Part shown: one piece after another, positions 39,339 to 54,841 of the stretch
How the letters are laid out: each line of letters starts with the position of its first letter
How positions within the stretch are numbered: the stretch's first letter is position 1
Assembly (NCBI GenBank): GCA_964016885.1
Contig: OZ024740.1
Span: 345,526,001-345,590,000, forward strand
DNA from: Eledone cirrhosa
Lineage: Eukaryota
Length of the DNA stretch: 64,000 bases
Direction: 5' to 3'
Made by a program: the position numbers and the translations under genes
Notes under the pieces: model-generated
Seen by the model: the letters and a program-made list of their open reading frames with translations, nothing else
What the model was told of the DNA's origin: nothing
The model's database searches: none

Positions 39339-39665
39339 TATTCCCACAGACAATACTGTCCACTTTACTGAAATATGTGTCCTTATACATGACAATACCA
39401 AACACCTCAATGCATTTTCCCAAATCCTCATATCAATCCTTGTACATGACTGCAGCCACGAAAGTATGAAAAGTAAAGTTTTGGTTTCAGAACGCGGTAA
39501 CACACATCATGAGCCGTTCTATTCGACGCTCTAACGATTTGGCCAAATTTTTCTGTTGTTATTTTATAAGAGATTACGCATTTCTTATTTTACAGTATTA
39601 TATATATTTGTTTGATTGTTGTTTCCTCTGATGGGGGTGGGTCGGGGGGAGACATCTATCTGTTT

Positions 39666-39721
<56 letters not shown>

Positions 39722-41093
39722 CCTTTTTCTCTATTGGAAGAAATCAGCTGTGGCCAGTCCTTTTGAGAGTTGAGTTTAACTAGATTTGAAATGATCAAGA
39801 TATGTTGTGTGTCAATCCAACCCCAGGAGACGTTCATATTATTAGGAAGGAAAGAAACCCGGCAGTCTATCAGAACGAGAACCTCGGCATTACAGCTTTC
39901 TATCCGAAAAATTTCACCCACTAACGATTGAACATTCATCATTTGAAATGTATATACATTGGATACGTAACATACTCGAACTTGTATTCTCAGAAGATTA
40001 CTTATTTATTTTAATTTTATCTAGACTTGACCCAAGGATGTTAAGTTTCATTGCCGTGTTAGTACTTTTTAAATATTATCAGTAACGATGGTATCTTAAT
40101 ACTGAGTCACTCTAAGCACAATTACGGGAGCAAGACAGACTATCATTCTAAATATACAAAGAAAATGATGACGAACGCAGCTTGCAAACTGTGTTCGTTG
40201 ATCAGATCCCACAAAAATACACATTTACAGACACATGCATACACATAAAGATATATGTTTATTTTAGTGGAGTATTTTTTTATCTTTTGCAAGAGGCTCT
40301 CTTGACGTTTTTTCTTCATTCTCTGCTCATCGATCGTTTATCATATAATATTCTAAACAGATAGGAATTATTTAGGAATTATACTCCTGTATGCTTTAAG
40401 AGAGATCAATACTTAAGAGGCCTGTTTATTTATTTATATATCTACATATTTATTTACATAGTTATTTCAACGTAAACTTTTATATATTATTTTCTTTCTG
40501 TTATTTGTTTTCCTCTGGTATCATACTGATGAAGGGTTGATGTACTATCTTGAATGAAGCTATTTAGCTATATATAACGTACAAATAGAAAGAAAAATAC
40601 AAATATCAACAAAAAGAAAGAGAGAAAAGAGCTCTTGACGCTGGCAAAAAATAATACGGAGCAAAAAGACAAAATCTTTTCATGATGTAAATGGGCCGAA
40701 TAAATCGACCCATGTCAGAAAGAAAGATAATGCCCCAGGATGGCTGAGTTGCTTCAGTAAGCACAATATATAAAAGGGACGAAAAAGGAATAAGCAAACA
40801 AACAAAATACTGTCAGAAGCTCACAAAAAAATAATAGCTGCTGTGTACTCAAGGTGAAAAAATAAATGAATAAAACAGTAAGTGTAATAAGAATAAGAAT
40901 AAAAAGGAAACAACATATATCATGATTGTGTTGTCCTTCTAATGGAGTAATATCTTCTAGTGATGAAAAAAGAAATGGTGGTATATTTCTTAGGTCCGCC
41001 ATGATGCGTGTATATACATGTATGTATGAATATTTGTAAGTTCGTATGTATGTGCGTAAATATATATGCATGCATCAATGAATGTACATAAAG

Positions 41094-41155
<62 letters not shown>

Positions 41156-41500
41156 ATATGTATAGAGAAAGAGAGAGAAGGAGGGAGAAAGAGAGAGAGA
41201 ATTAGATCGTGAGAGAGTGGGAATATATTTGGCTTGGTTTGTGTTATTTCTACACAAATCTAAAGAACAATCTGAATCAAGATGACAGTTATAAACTGTA
41301 TGATATTGAGTGGAAATTCGTGCCCTTAAAATAAGTGAACACTCAACGGGAGCGCATACACAAAAATTCATAAAAAACTCACATGCATGTGGAATTATCC
41401 ATGTTTAGAAAACTTACATACATACACACATATATGTGTGTCTGCCTGTGTGGACATAGATTTATGTGTATGTTCATATATATACACATATACGTATAAA

Positions 41501-41641
<141 letters not shown>

Positions 41642-44600
41642 CAAATATATTCTTTTATTTATGTATATATTTATACATGCATGGATTTTATGTGCGATTA
41701 TGTGTATATGAATATGATTAGTTCTGGGCGGCAATCGTTATATAGCTTGACCCGGAGGTTTGCAATCTATAATCTGTCAAAGCCTTTTCTAATATCAAGT
41801 GCTATCGGATTGATATATTATAAAAGAAAGAGTTGACAGTGGATTTCAATAGCGGATGCCCTTTGGTTGAGTTGTAGTGGCTGCTTTACGAAAGCAGAGA
41901 ATTAGTTGAAATCAACGCTGTCGAATTGAAGCGCTTCTTGTTTGAGTTTTGTAACTATGGTGTGGGTATAGAATTGACTGACACGGGGAGAGATCGTAGA
42001 TGTATAAATTTGTGCTGAAAGATGACTTAGATATGATGTGGCTGACTCGGGAGCATAGCTGTCCCCTCTCTTTAGTGAAATGGAAGATTATCCAAATTTT
42101 GTGTGGCAGCGTTTGGCAAAATGCCAGAACTGTTCATCGACAATGAAATAACCGGGAACATATTTTTTTTTTTATTGCTGACTGAAATATGATATATATA
42201 TTTTACTCTACTTTTGCCTTCCACTAAAGCCTCTGTTGCAGTGATGCTCATGAGAGGTAAAATACTGATGGTTATTTTCAGAGATCTGAGTTATGAAAGT
42301 CAATCGATTCACATTTTCAGACTTTTGCTATCGTATGTGATATATATTAATAACTAAAATATATATCGGATGATTAGCCTTATTTGCATAACGAGCGATT
42401 ATACGGCTTATATATTTTCAACAGTTCAAGTAAGTGGCAGAAAGTAATACACAATCTTGACCATGGACAATACCCCCGGAACAACGTTGTTGTCTTTTTC
42501 CCCATGCCTCTACTAGAAGAAATGCATAGCGGCGGCTGTCATCTACAAAACTTAGCGTAATGAGGTTGTTTGCTTGGATTCATCGTAGTCAACTACTACA
42601 TCTTTCTCGCTAGAATTAAAGCCATTTACTTCTGCTCAATTAATTTCTACTCCGAGCATTCCGTTCACTTCTAAACTTATGAACACTGTGTTAGATTTTA
42701 AACTTACTATATTTCGATATTAAAGGTATAAAACATAGCGATAAGGTGGAAATGATTTTGAGCAGATTGATTTTTAGTGATGTCACAGAATTTAAATTCA
42801 AGATAGGAATGCTTACTTATAATAGCAATACAAAGAATAAAATCTGAGAAACAATCAAATAATATAAAGAAACATATTTGAGCGAACAGGTGGTCTTTTA
42901 CATTTAATTCGAGTTCACAGTATTCCTTGAATGGCAGTGTGAAACTAATTAAATCCATCTATATCATTCAAGTGAAATCTTTTGTAGACAATCTTAAGTT
43001 ACACACAACTGGTTCAGAGATGAGATTTTCAGAATAACCCATGTCAAGCCATTTTACAGATGTTCGGTGAACGATTAAATCAAAAATAGATTATGTTAAC
43101 GCAGACAGCATACAAGGACCTGTCGTACAGATAGTAGTGGGGTTCACTGGTCCATTCAAGAATCTACTCCGCTTTGAAAAATGTCGGTATATTTTTTCTT
43201 ATACTTTAAACAAACATTACCGCTAGGTAAATAATACCATTGATGTTGCATTCCTAATTTTCTTGCAACTCTAAGGCTTTGTAAAAAGGCAAATAAAATC
43301 ACTAGTGCCTTGGAATCTAAATGTTTACAATGAAAAGTGTTATAGCCAGGGGACGCTTAAAGCTGCAGGTTGCAGCTTACATACAACACGATAATTACGA
43401 CCTTTGGTAAAAGAAATTGAATTGTGAATGGCCTAAGTGAAAAGTCAATTTAAATCGGGTTTTAATTTATTAAATGTTTTACTGCATTGGGAGGAATGTA
43501 GAGACGGAAATACGAAAATATTTAAGAGCAACAGGTTGTATAGAACCAACAACCTTATCTCTTGTTATTACAATACATAATATTTGTAGAGTTGTCCTTT
43601 CCATAATTTATGAACGACGCCAATGGAATATTTGCATTGTTTCACTTCACACTTAACTGTTTTCTAATTTACTAAAGTTTGATTGAATTATCTGCATAAA
43701 AAGTCAATTCATATTTTCATTGGTAATTTTAGTAGATATACTCGAATGCTTATACATAAGAAAACAGAAAAGAAACAAAAAAGAAGACGACAAGGAACAC
43801 ACACGTGTGAGCACATTTATTCCCAGACACACAGATATATATTATTCATCACCGCATACACACGTTCAGACAAATTTACAACTGATAATCATGAGAACAA
43901 ATAGAAATTTGAAAAAAAAAATTTTTTTATTGTATTAGTTGTAATTTATTGAAGTTGTTGTCTTCCTGTTTCTTCTACAACAACTACAATGGTACGCGAT
44001 GGGGCCCACCCACAGCCCCGGCACAAGTTTCTGTCTGTTTATAAATAGCTGCTAAAAAATGAAATTACATAAGATTTCTTCCACGTAATTTAGAACTTCT
44101 AGCTTTAGTGATTCAACTGAATCAGATTTCGTTTCGCGTAACATGTGGGGAATATCTATTTTAACAACACCATGAAGATTGATTACTAGCATTATGTATA
44201 TTATACTATGTATATTATATTATTGCTGTGTTTAAGTACAGAAACACTGTCTAACATAATCCTACTCAAATTTGAACAAGAGTTATATTTTGTGAGTTAT
44301 ATAATGTGATTTCACAAATCATAAAGCGTTAAAATTTGCATCAAATTAAGATCGACTCTAACCGGAACTAGCACAGATTATAGAAGAAGACTATAAATCA
44401 TCTTTCACCTTATTGTTTCAGTTTTTACTCCATATTTCACTTGTGGCATATTCCCCAAGTTAATGAAAGATACTCCTGAAATACATTTACTAAAGAACAT
44501 CAAATCCATTCCCAGATTTTCTTGTAACAAAGCATTATAAACAAATAAAGTATTCTGCAGTCCTTATAATACCTGTTTCAAAATAACTTTATAAAAAAAA

Positions 44601-45439
44601 GACCATTCGTTTTTCCACTAAATGGCACATTGGTTTAGATATAGGGAATTTATAGAGACATATATTAATTGAAGCCTCATATAACTGGGGGAAACCGCTA
44701 AAGTTGCTGAAAATCAGCCTGCATATGAAACCCCCAAAGTCTTTACTGTTTACTATGTATTCGTAAAAAATACTCGGCAACTGCGACAATAGCCTTTATG
44801 GTAACGGCATAGAATATACAAATAATAATTATTTCTTTATTGGCCACTAGTGTCAAAAAAAGGGACAACAAAAATGGATAAAGGCTGTTAAAATTTATGC
44901 ATAATTAATAGTGTAAACGAAGATAGCATGTAACAAAATATACTCGAATTAAAATAACAGAATCCCATAATAGAGGGCAATAAGTATCACTCAGGGGTAG
45001 TTTTCCCACATATCCGAAAGTACCCTAATCGTTAGGAGCAGAACTCATCTACTCTCTATACTATCTGGCCTACAGGCGCATGCTCAGAGTTGGCCCGTTC
45101 GAAAATCAGCAATGCTCAGTTACTTGAGTAGATTGTATATTGCGGTTTCATTGCATTGTGCACATCTCAAACAGGTCCGTTTTATAGCACTTCCGTCCCA
45201 GTAGAATTTGTTTCGAACCGCTAGTGCTCCCCGATAGCACTGCCAAGCTGTGAATTCTTGAAATTGTGCATATTTTGAAATTGTCCCTGATCGAAAGTTT
45301 TCTGGAACAGACTGGATGATTCATTGTCGTCGATGTTCACAGTTTCTCCGAAAACGTCGTCATTTTAGCCTTTCACTACTTCTTTATAGAACGTTAAATT
45401 GGTATTTCTACTCAGCATATTGCCAGATTGGCCAATGTG

Positions 45440-45900
45440 AGGGGTTGACAGCATTTCGAAAGCTAGTTGCCTAGTCTCTGTCACGCTTGGCATAAAACGT
45501 GCGTCTGAAAGTGTAACCGCACCTGTACATCATTTAGGAATATCAGCGAATTTCGAAACCTGAGTGTATGTGTACCCATCTTCAGCAACGCCAAGTTGGC
45601 AAGAGATGGCCGCCTGATGAGTGGAACCTATGCTTTTCCCAAGAAGTGGAAGGGCAGTTGCTCCAGCCTTGGGAGACGCGAATCGGAATAATGGTCAGCA
45701 TGATGGTGAGGAGGTAATGTATCATATAGCCGATGTACCTGTTCACTTCCTCTGCCCGTCCTTGTTCGTTACCTTGCCCCAGTTCTTATCAACCTTGAGG
45801 TCTAGGCTAACTAAAATACGAACAAACTGACCGGTTCATCAGTCCAGCGTCCCATAACGGTTTGGATAGGCAAGGATTTGCCTCTTCTGCTGCTCAGCTA
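45440..45900 (-). mobile_element. Tx1/L1-type LINE RT C-terminal remnant
   Basis: DLKVDKNW, GRAEEVNRYIGYMIHYLLT, RLEQLPFHFLGK.VPLIRR. Confidence 0.55.
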
Positions 45901-45929
45901 CAAACTCACAGCAGCCTCTTCTTCTGCTG

Positions 45930-46008
<79 letters not shown>

Positions 46009-46015
46009 TACTACA
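45930..46015. repeat. (CTA)n microsatellite
   Basis: Direct reading. Dozens of (TA)n, (CA)n, (GA)n, (GATA)n and (TATG)n tracts elsewhere are not listed individually. Confidence 0.95.
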
Positions 46016-49000
46016 AATAAATCAGGGATGTAGTCCTTTGATGGCATTTGAATAAATTTATTAACATACATATTTCATTGAAGTAGAGGTTTCTTTGAGA
46101 GAAAATTGGGATGAGATTTTTCTTGCCGTATTCAATGAATATATCCGTCGGTAGCATCAACGACTGATTCAATACAGGGTGTGAAACCTTGATATGCCAG
46201 AATCAGATGAACATTATGCTAGTTATGGTGGACTTCATAGATTTATAGTTGTATAGGGCCGTTGATTGACTTCCCTCTTCACTACGCCCCATATATAGTT
46301 GTGAAACGAATTCAGTTTTGCAAATGATTTTTTGGATATGATTGTGGAAATTCGAACACCCATTCGTCGGTTTTGTTGACCTTATGAGACGGCACAAATT
46401 AACTTTGGTTGCTATAGCGATTTCCTCTGCCCATGCTTTCCTTACAAAGTCTCACAACCCTCTACAACAAATTTTTGGTCATGCACAATTCTTTGAATAT
46501 TGTGCATTGAAATTTTGTTGAACACCTTAACAATTGCGCTAATTAATATTTTGGGCTTCTTATTGATAATTTTCTGCACCGATCGTACTAGTTTGGGTGT
46601 TATAATGGTATATAGGACCCGTAGCAGGCGTTTTATATTTGGTTACTGCTGTAGAATTCCTGTCAGCGGTACCCATCTCTTTGCGATCTTTGACAACAAA
46701 TTATTGAGTGACTTTTAGAAAGCGAATAATAACTAAATCCATATGTTCTGTCATTATGGCAACGATTACAGAGTCCGCTTTCATTTGCTGAGTTAGATTG
46801 ATGTTTGTTATCAGTTATCTGAAAAAAATAAATGACAATCAAAACAAGTTAGAAACAAGTTTGGGGCATTAAAACGCGTATCCTCATAGAAATGAGCAAA
46901 CCTGCAATAATGATAATAATTATAATGCCTTCTTTATTATAAGGATAATGATAATAATATTTAATCACTGCCAATTCCATTCAGTATTTAGAGTCAGTGT
47001 ATTTCAATGAAATGTACATTTGCCCTATATAAATTCCTCAATGAATCAGGTGAACTGTACGTAAATAACATTTTTACAATACGAATGTATTGTTTTAGCA
47101 CACCATTTGTAATACCATTCGTGTGTTTTTTTGTTTTTATTTATTGTGTCTTTTTTGTTATTTCTCTTCATTTCGTCTAGCTATTCATAGAAGAAGGTTA
47201 GTTTAACTAATGAATATCGTAGTTCACATGAACGTCACATGTTTTGAGAGTATTTCACTCCACGTTAGTTTGCAGCCAGCATAAGCATTTTGTTCTTTTA
47301 TTCGCACATTATTATCGTCTGACTTTGGTTTTAAAATGCTTTGTTCTGTTTAAAAACGTTAATGAAAGCGGAGGGAAGGAGAGATCATGAAAGAATGAGC
47401 TAGTTAAAAGACACGTGGTGTGAGAGGCAGTAAGATGGAAGTGAACAAAGACCAGTATATTGAATAAATTAAATGATCAATGAATATTTTGCCATCTTTT
47501 CCGCGGGCTGCAGCCAAAACACCGCTCTAACATAGTTGTAGATTCTGTCACTATCTCCTTTTCGTCCTATCTTTGCCGAATAATCCTTGCTCTCCACCTT
47601 TCCTCGTATAGTATTTATAGTCCTTTCCAATACTACTTTCTTTTTCTATATATTTGACTAAATATTTAATTCTTTATTATTTTGAAGTAATTTTATCCTA
47701 TGAATATATTTGAATATTTTGAAATACAATAATTCTATAAAATATTTACGGAAATTTTTTCGTTTAAGCCATATCTTTAGTTGGTAGGCAACAGCAATGA
47801 CCTCGTGTGTGTATATTACTTATGCCAGACAAAGAATGTTAATGTACGCACCTTAGATTATGCAGTATATATCTAACGAAACCAGTTCACATCCCGGAAT
47901 CGGACCTTGAATATTAACAGTTCATTTTTTCTACACATTCCTTTAGTCAAGGTACGAATTATGATGTTTTCACTTATGTCTTATCTCGAAACATAAAGTT
48001 TCTTAAGGCATTACAGATCAACAAATTCCATGGAACAGGTTAACCAAGCTCCATTATTGCTCTTCATGGTGACGTCTAACAGACGATATTTCTCTATGAT
48101 CCAATAGAAATCCCTGTGATATATGATTACCATATAAATCGGTAATTGATTTGAATACTATAGAGAAGTTCTGTATTTGTAAATACCAAATTATTTAACA
48201 CATTTCCAGTTGAATGATTATTTGTTGCTTAAGATCATCTTAGGCTTTTCTTTTTTCAAATTTCCATTTCTCACACAACTTTCAATGAAATATATTTGTG
48301 AGCTCATAATGCCGCCATAGCATTTATTGTTTTTTTGCATGTTTTGACAATTTGCAATCAATATATGATATTGTTTTGTTCCACTCATTGTGCATTCCGG
48401 AAAACGACATTTCTTTTGTGAACACACCAGTTAGTGGCCAGTACTTGATCCTGACCTGCAAGCATCGCAGTGGATTCTGAAAAATACAGAATCCACTTTC
48501 TCCTTATTTGCTTTTAGTTAACGGCTGTAAACATTCTGGGGTGTTTAATTGTGGTTTTCACTGATATAATGACAAGTTTTGCACTACGTTCATCATAGTA
48601 ACCTTCTAATCAATTCTCTGTCATCAATCAGTAGGCAACACTTCTGGCAACAAAGTTATTCTGTTGATTTCAGTGTCATTATTTATGTTTTCCCTACTAT
48701 CCAAATTTTCCACAACTGTATTTTTCTCAAGTTCAGAGCCATTATTGTCCACAGTTCCTCAGATCTCAATTTCAACGTCTGTTAATCACTTATTTATTCG
48801 TATTGCCTTGCCAGATCTGCAGACCACTGCTCAGTTATTTCAAAAACACACATTTCTTCAAAAATTTACTTCCTTCATAGTTTAAATCATCTCTTACTGA
48901 GGTCACAGCTAAGCCAGGATTCTGTTGCAAGTTGGATGACATCTTTGGCCCATTGCGTTCTCCATCTGTTTTTGATTTCAGCAGTCTCATGATGATGAAC

Positions 49001-50565
49001 GCCTAGTTGGTGGGGCTAAACCGAACGCCGGACTACGTTTGCCACACACAAAGTTGTAATTGAAACGATTCGTCCTGCAAATCAATGAATTCATTTTATC
49101 GGTTAATGAAGTCTTTCTTATTGTGCAAGTTAGTTTTTTTTAGGTGGAGGGATAATGATCTGCTCCAACAGCAAATTCTTTAACCTCGAAGGCAAGCAAT
49201 AGACACCAAAAAACGCCAAGCAATTGCAAAGAAGTTGAGATTTATTTCAGGGGGAACAATATTCGTGTTCTAAATATAATAGTTTTGTAATTTATTGGTG
49301 TAGTGTCAAATTTATTGCCTTTTTAAAAAAAAACTTTGACCACAATTATTTTTCATATCAAACCTGGTCGACTGTCAAAGCAAGTGGAAAGTCATCTGAA
49401 ACATATTTTCAATGGAACAAAAGCCATCATCATTATCAATTTAAATGCACATGCAGTAAAATATCACTTTTTGTGAAATAAATGAGATTTTTACGATATT
49501 TCTTTTGCATATGAAACTGCTGTAACTATCCAAAAGTAATTGTTTTGTATTTTATGAAACTTTTGCGTCATTTCTAAATAGTAAGCAATCTGGTGAACAA
49601 TAACCAATGTTATAATACGCCCGGAGAATACTCAACATATTTTACCAGTTTTGATGCCTGGAACGTCTCATATTTCAAAAGCTTAAATTGTTAAACAAAA
49701 GTTATAAGACGCATGGTAATTTTATAATTTTGAAGAAAGCCTTGGGATTAATTCCTCTTTCATTTGGTAGCCACTGCAATTATGTCGTGTCAAAATATTC
49801 GATGACAAATCAAGTAACTAGAAAGATTGTGGGTAAGTATCAATATGTTATTTGGTGATGCATAATAATGTTTTATGAATCTTAAACGCTTGTTATTTCA
49901 TTGTCAATATAAAGATATATTTATAACCTGATTTTGAACGTTTTAGGGTTCGAACAAATTGCTAAACGTGTATCGTGTGTTTATACAATATAAAAGGAAA
50001 GCAAACAAAAATAAACAAATAAATAAAATAAAGACAATTTAATTAAATTTAATATAAAAATATACATATATGTAATTTAAAAACTAAAACGCTCATCCAA
50101 AGAACACGAAACTGGAAATTCCTCTTTTCATCTAGTCGTCTTCATATTAAAATCTGAATGAAGCTTGTAGATTTTTCTAGAATAAACTAAGTGGCCATAA
50201 TAAGTATTCTTTGAAAATATTTATTCTCTTGGGAATTTTTTTCTTAGTGTGGTGTACAGCCTGAAACATTATCGAAATTATATTGTTTCACTGGTCGTGA
50301 TTTGAATAATCTGGACTAAATAGACCAAAGTATAATGATCTCAATAGAAGACTATTCCGAGAAAAAGGCCTAAGCTCCGGATATTAAAATAATCATTGAA
50401 GCTGTTTTTATTCTTTTTCTATTTCAAAGTAATTGCTAAATCGTTCTATTTTCTTTTAATGAAGATTCTCTAACGAGAAGCAGCTTACTCAGGAGCTGTC
50501 ATTGGAAATGTGGGAAACTGTATGGTGCTATTTTAATATTTTATTGGTTATATTATTATCATTAT

Positions 50566-50760
50566 TTGGCAGTATCGGTAGAGCGTCGGACAATACGCTT
50601 TGCAGTATAGACTTACAGCCCTTTAGGTACTGAGTTCAAATCCTACCAAGGCTAGCTTTGAATTTCATCCTTACGGGGTCCATATAATAAAGCACCGGTC
50701 ACGCACTGGGGTCGATATAATCGACGTTCCCTTTCCCCAAAAAGTGTTAGCCTTGTGTCG
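50566..50760 (+). mobile_element. SINE family A, copy 8 (long-tail subtype)
   Basis: tggcagtatcggtagagcgtcgg head, gagttcaaatcc, gtcgatataatcgac. Confidence 0.9.
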
Positions 50761-50859
50761 TCACTGTATAACTGAGCAGGGCTCTGGGCGTTTTTGGTAT
50801 GTACACTTTGTTTTGATTTCGTTATTTCTATTGTTTTAAGATTAATCTTCCAATCTAAT

Positions 50860-51047
50860 TAATTGTTTCTACTTTTTGGCACAAGGCCAGCAATTACTCA
50901 GTGCATTACTGGTACTTTATTTTATCGACCCCGTAAGGATGAAGGGCAAAGTTAACCTCGGCGGGATTTGAACTCAGAATGGCAAGGGTCGTAACTCTAT
51001 GCATCAAAGCATAGTGTCTGACCCTCTACCGATACTGCCAATCCACC
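50860..51047 (-). mobile_element. SINE family A, copy 9 (short-tail subtype)
   Basis: Full head and body on - strand, tail-to-tail with copy 8. Confidence 0.9.
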
Positions 51048-52360
51048 AATCTAATTAATGTGCAGTGTTTACTAGTGCTATTTTCTGTATGCTGTACATA
51101 TTTGTGAAACCTGGGGTTTTAGTTACGTATCTATGTGTGTATCCCTTAACACTTCCAGAACACCCATTATGATTGGGATGGTTTCTGTTTCAATCATCCA
51201 TATTTGGGTTATTTCTCCCTCAAGATGTATTCATATTTGGTTAATATCTCCGTTTTCTTACTAGATATACTGGCGTGTGTCAGAATTGATACATTAGATG
51301 ACGTTTGTTCTTGTTCGCCTTTAACCATGATGTCCGAACGACCAGCTTTGATTTCCTTGTCAATTTACCTTCTGTTTTTAATATATTGGCTTCCTTCAAA
51401 ATAGAAAACCATTTTGTATTTGTTCATGCTTTGAAGCTAATTTTATTATTTTTTCATTATCTTCTTAAAGAAGGATAATGAAAATAACTTTGTAGCCCAA
51501 TAGTTATTATTTTATGATAGTTTACTATATACCTCAGACCACTTCCTCCCTGTATTCGGTGAAGTTATAATCTTTCTACATCTTATTTTGTGTGGTCCGT
51601 TCTAAAGGCCGTCATTATTTTTGTTGTTTCTCTTTCTACTCCGGTTTTTTTGTGTCTAGTGCAGAATATCAAAACTGTAGCTTATTGCTGTATTGATAAC
51701 TATTAGTTTATTCTTTACAATTAGTCTGGTCTTAAGTAGTAATCTAATCCGCCGTCAATGGTATTTTTGTAAAATCGTTTATTTCATCTGTGTGTGCTGA
51801 AGTCCATTGATTCCTAAATCTGTTTTATTAGTTTTCTTCGCCTTAGGGTTAACTTGACGCATTTTTCTACTCCGAATGTGATGTCTGTTTTCAATATAAA
51901 ACCAATGCAGTGTGTACAGCAGTATTTCACTCCAACAAATTCAATCCAGACCGAAACAATTCTACCCAGAATTTAGTAGAAACCAAATAGAGCTAAATGT
52001 AGCTCTAAAAGGAAAAGCAAAATGGTCTTCCATGGGGTTCGATGGTAGATGAGCAGTAGAATTATCGCCACGTACACTAATAAAACAAAATTAAGTTAGA
52101 ACAACTATGAGACGATATTACAACAAATGTGTCTAATACACTGGAAATATCAAACAATGAGTATTCAAATGGACAAAACCTATATTCTGCTAGAAATATA
52201 CACCTGGTGTTTTGCGGATCCGGATACGGCATCTAGTTGAATAATGAACTACCCAAAACATAACACTATCTATTTAAGCACACAATGTCTAATCAAGAAT
52301 CTTAGAAAACAATTACAAAAATTAAATATAATCACAATCACACGCACACAAAGTAGATGG

Positions 52361-52399
<39 letters not shown>

Positions 52400-52554
52400 T
52401 ATAGGAAAAGGTATGACCCTGACGGCAGAGCTCAAGCCGTTTCGACGGCTATTTCTGGTGTGTTGTGGTCCATCTCGTTCCTTACCACAATTCCTACGTT
52501 ACATATATATATATATATATGTATAAAAAAGGATAAATAATATCTCCTTCGGTC

Positions 52555-52860
52555 AAGAATAACCATGATATTTGCACCTAGAAAGTTTCCTTCTGTTGCA
52601 CGGACAAGGCTATGGAAGACCAGTAGTCACCCATGCATATCAGCCTCCCCTCTCCAAATGATGATGTCCAAGAGAAAGGCAATGGCCGTTACATCTTGAC
52701 ACCAGTGACGTCGCAACTAATTTCTACAGCTGAGTGAACTGGAACAACGTGAAATAAAGTGTTTTTTGCACAAGATCACAATGCAATGCCAGGTCCGAGA
52801 AACAAACTTACAACCTCACAATTTTAAGCCCGACGATCTAACCACTAAGTTATGCACCTT
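52555..52860 (-). mobile_element. tRNA-derived SINE family B
   Basis: Minus strand begins gcataacttagtggttag (A box), then degenerate B box and cactttatttcacgttg body. Confidence 0.7.
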
Positions 52861-54841
52861 GAGAAGTTCGGTTTCAAAACGAATAAGGCACCACCACCAA
52901 CAGCCTACTTGAACCATTTGAGGAAGACCTCTTCAAGATGATCAAGGACATCAAATTTCGTAGTGCCAACACACCATTCCAGACCTACTTAAATACTGAA
53001 ATGCGGAATATAAAAAATTCCCCCAATCTCCATGTCTCCTCCGATAAAACCAAAAACGTTTATGAGATAGAACCACCGACCTATAAAAAGCTGGCAAAAT
53101 ATGCCATCATGACAACCTACAAAAAGGTAAATGAGATTGCATTGACTGAGACAAACACGGCGGGAAAAGAAATCGCCAAATCCCTTAAAATACACGACCG
53201 AACCGAACGTTTAAGGGTAAAGAACCCGCACTTTACCCTGAAGTACCACAAGGGAAACTTCCTCAACAAACCATTAGCCAGACTTATTAACCAAACATGT
53301 TCGGACATCGGCTCTATCAGTAAAAAGACCCTTGATAGAGTTCTACCATCATTTCGGGCTGCCTCACCACTCCCACTCTGGAGCAGAACATCTGAGGCAA
53401 TACCTTGGTTCCAATAACTGCCCGACAAACGCCACACTTGCTTCCTGCTACTCAACATATAAGACTACTATGCTTCTATCTCAGAGCCCCTCCTGAAGGA
53501 CGCACTTACTTTTGCCAAGAATTTTACCACCATAACTGACGCTGAGCAAGATGTAATCCTCCATGCCCGGAAGACCTTCCTACACCACGAGGAACCTTAC
53601 TGGATCAAGTCTCAGACCCCTTTGACGTCAGCATGGGAGTGAGTGATTCGGCTGAAATAAGCGACCTCGTGAGCCTGTACATTTTACATCACCTGAAGAA
53701 CCTCTTTACTGGCCTCACCGGAGGTTTAAACCGAGACGACGGTATTTTCACCTTGCACAAGGTTAACCCCAGAACCACTGATGGGTTTCGGAGAAACTTA
53801 AGCTCGTTCTTCCGTAATCTAGGATTTTGTATAACTATAGAATCTAATATGACTAGGACCAACTTTTTAGATGTCAGTCTCGACCTAGATACTTCCCTCT
53901 ATTACTCGTACCGCAAACCTAACGAGTCCCTTAGATATATTAATGTTAATTCTAACCACCCAAAACATCACTGATGACTTAGTAAAAAGCGTCTCAATTA
54001 GAATCTCCGGCATCTCGGCCAATGAAGATATATTTAATGCCTCCACCTCCTACTACAAAGACGCCCTCGCCCACATCGGATCTAAAGAAAATATAACTTA
54101 CCTAGAAACGACTGCAATGCTACATAGGAGGAATAGGCATAGGCAGATTAGTTGGTATACCCTCTCCCCCCTTCAATAGAGAGGTCTCTACACCTATAGC
54201 TATAACTTTCTTCACTTTGCTGAACACACACTTCCCCATACAACATAGGTACCACACCATCTTCAATAAGAACACAATAAGACTCTCCTACTCCACTACA
54301 CCTAACCTAGCTAGGAATATAGCCAATCTCAATTCTAAAAAATTAAATAAGCCAACCACCTCCGAACCCAATCCCCGGACTGAGGCCTTGTGCAACTGCC
54401 TAAATAAGGAAGCCTGCCCACTTAAAAACAAATGCCTGATTAATGACATCGTATACAAATGTGATGTCATCTTAGGCACCGATGATAGCAACAACAAAAG
54501 ACTTACATCGGCATGACTTCCAATAATTTTAAGACCAGGTGGTATGCCTATACCCACTCTTTCAGGAGACCGGACAAATGAAATCGGACAAGCCTCGCCT
54601 CCTATGTTTCGGACCTCAAAAGGTACTCCACCCCTTCACGCTTAAATGGAAAATACTCCAGAAAGCGCGCTCATACAAAGGAGGAGACAAATGCTGCGAG
54701 CTTTGTATCTCAGAGAGCTACGAAATATTATTTGCCAAGGGCCCGCTACTGAACAAACTCTCTGAACACGGCCCGAATTGCATGCACAAAAACTTTGCAA
54801 CTTCCAAATACCTTAAGCCAGTGTTAATGCCAGATGTCTAA
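52861..54841 (+). mobile_element. PLE pseudo-ORF (RT + C-terminal GIY-YIG), same type as 36153 and 62881 elements
   Basis: FGFKT, DKTKNVY, TLKYHKGNF..RLIN, MGVSDSAE, GLNRDDG, FLDVSL, YRKPN, CNC..CPL..CL..IVY, CELCISE, LLN..E..CMH; many frameshifts. Confidence 0.95.

Noticed and set aside
48218-49250. Cys-rich peptides, possible transposase or exon
   Set aside because: Stops in frame and no motif I can assign.
51080-51900. L1/Tx1-like remnant on minus strand (similar weak LINE hints at 10050-10775)
   Set aside because: Only vague peptide resemblance.
52861-54841. Naiad-type selenoprotein PLE
   Set aside because: Endonuclease is C-terminal and conserved Cys positions checked are TGC/TGT, not TGA.
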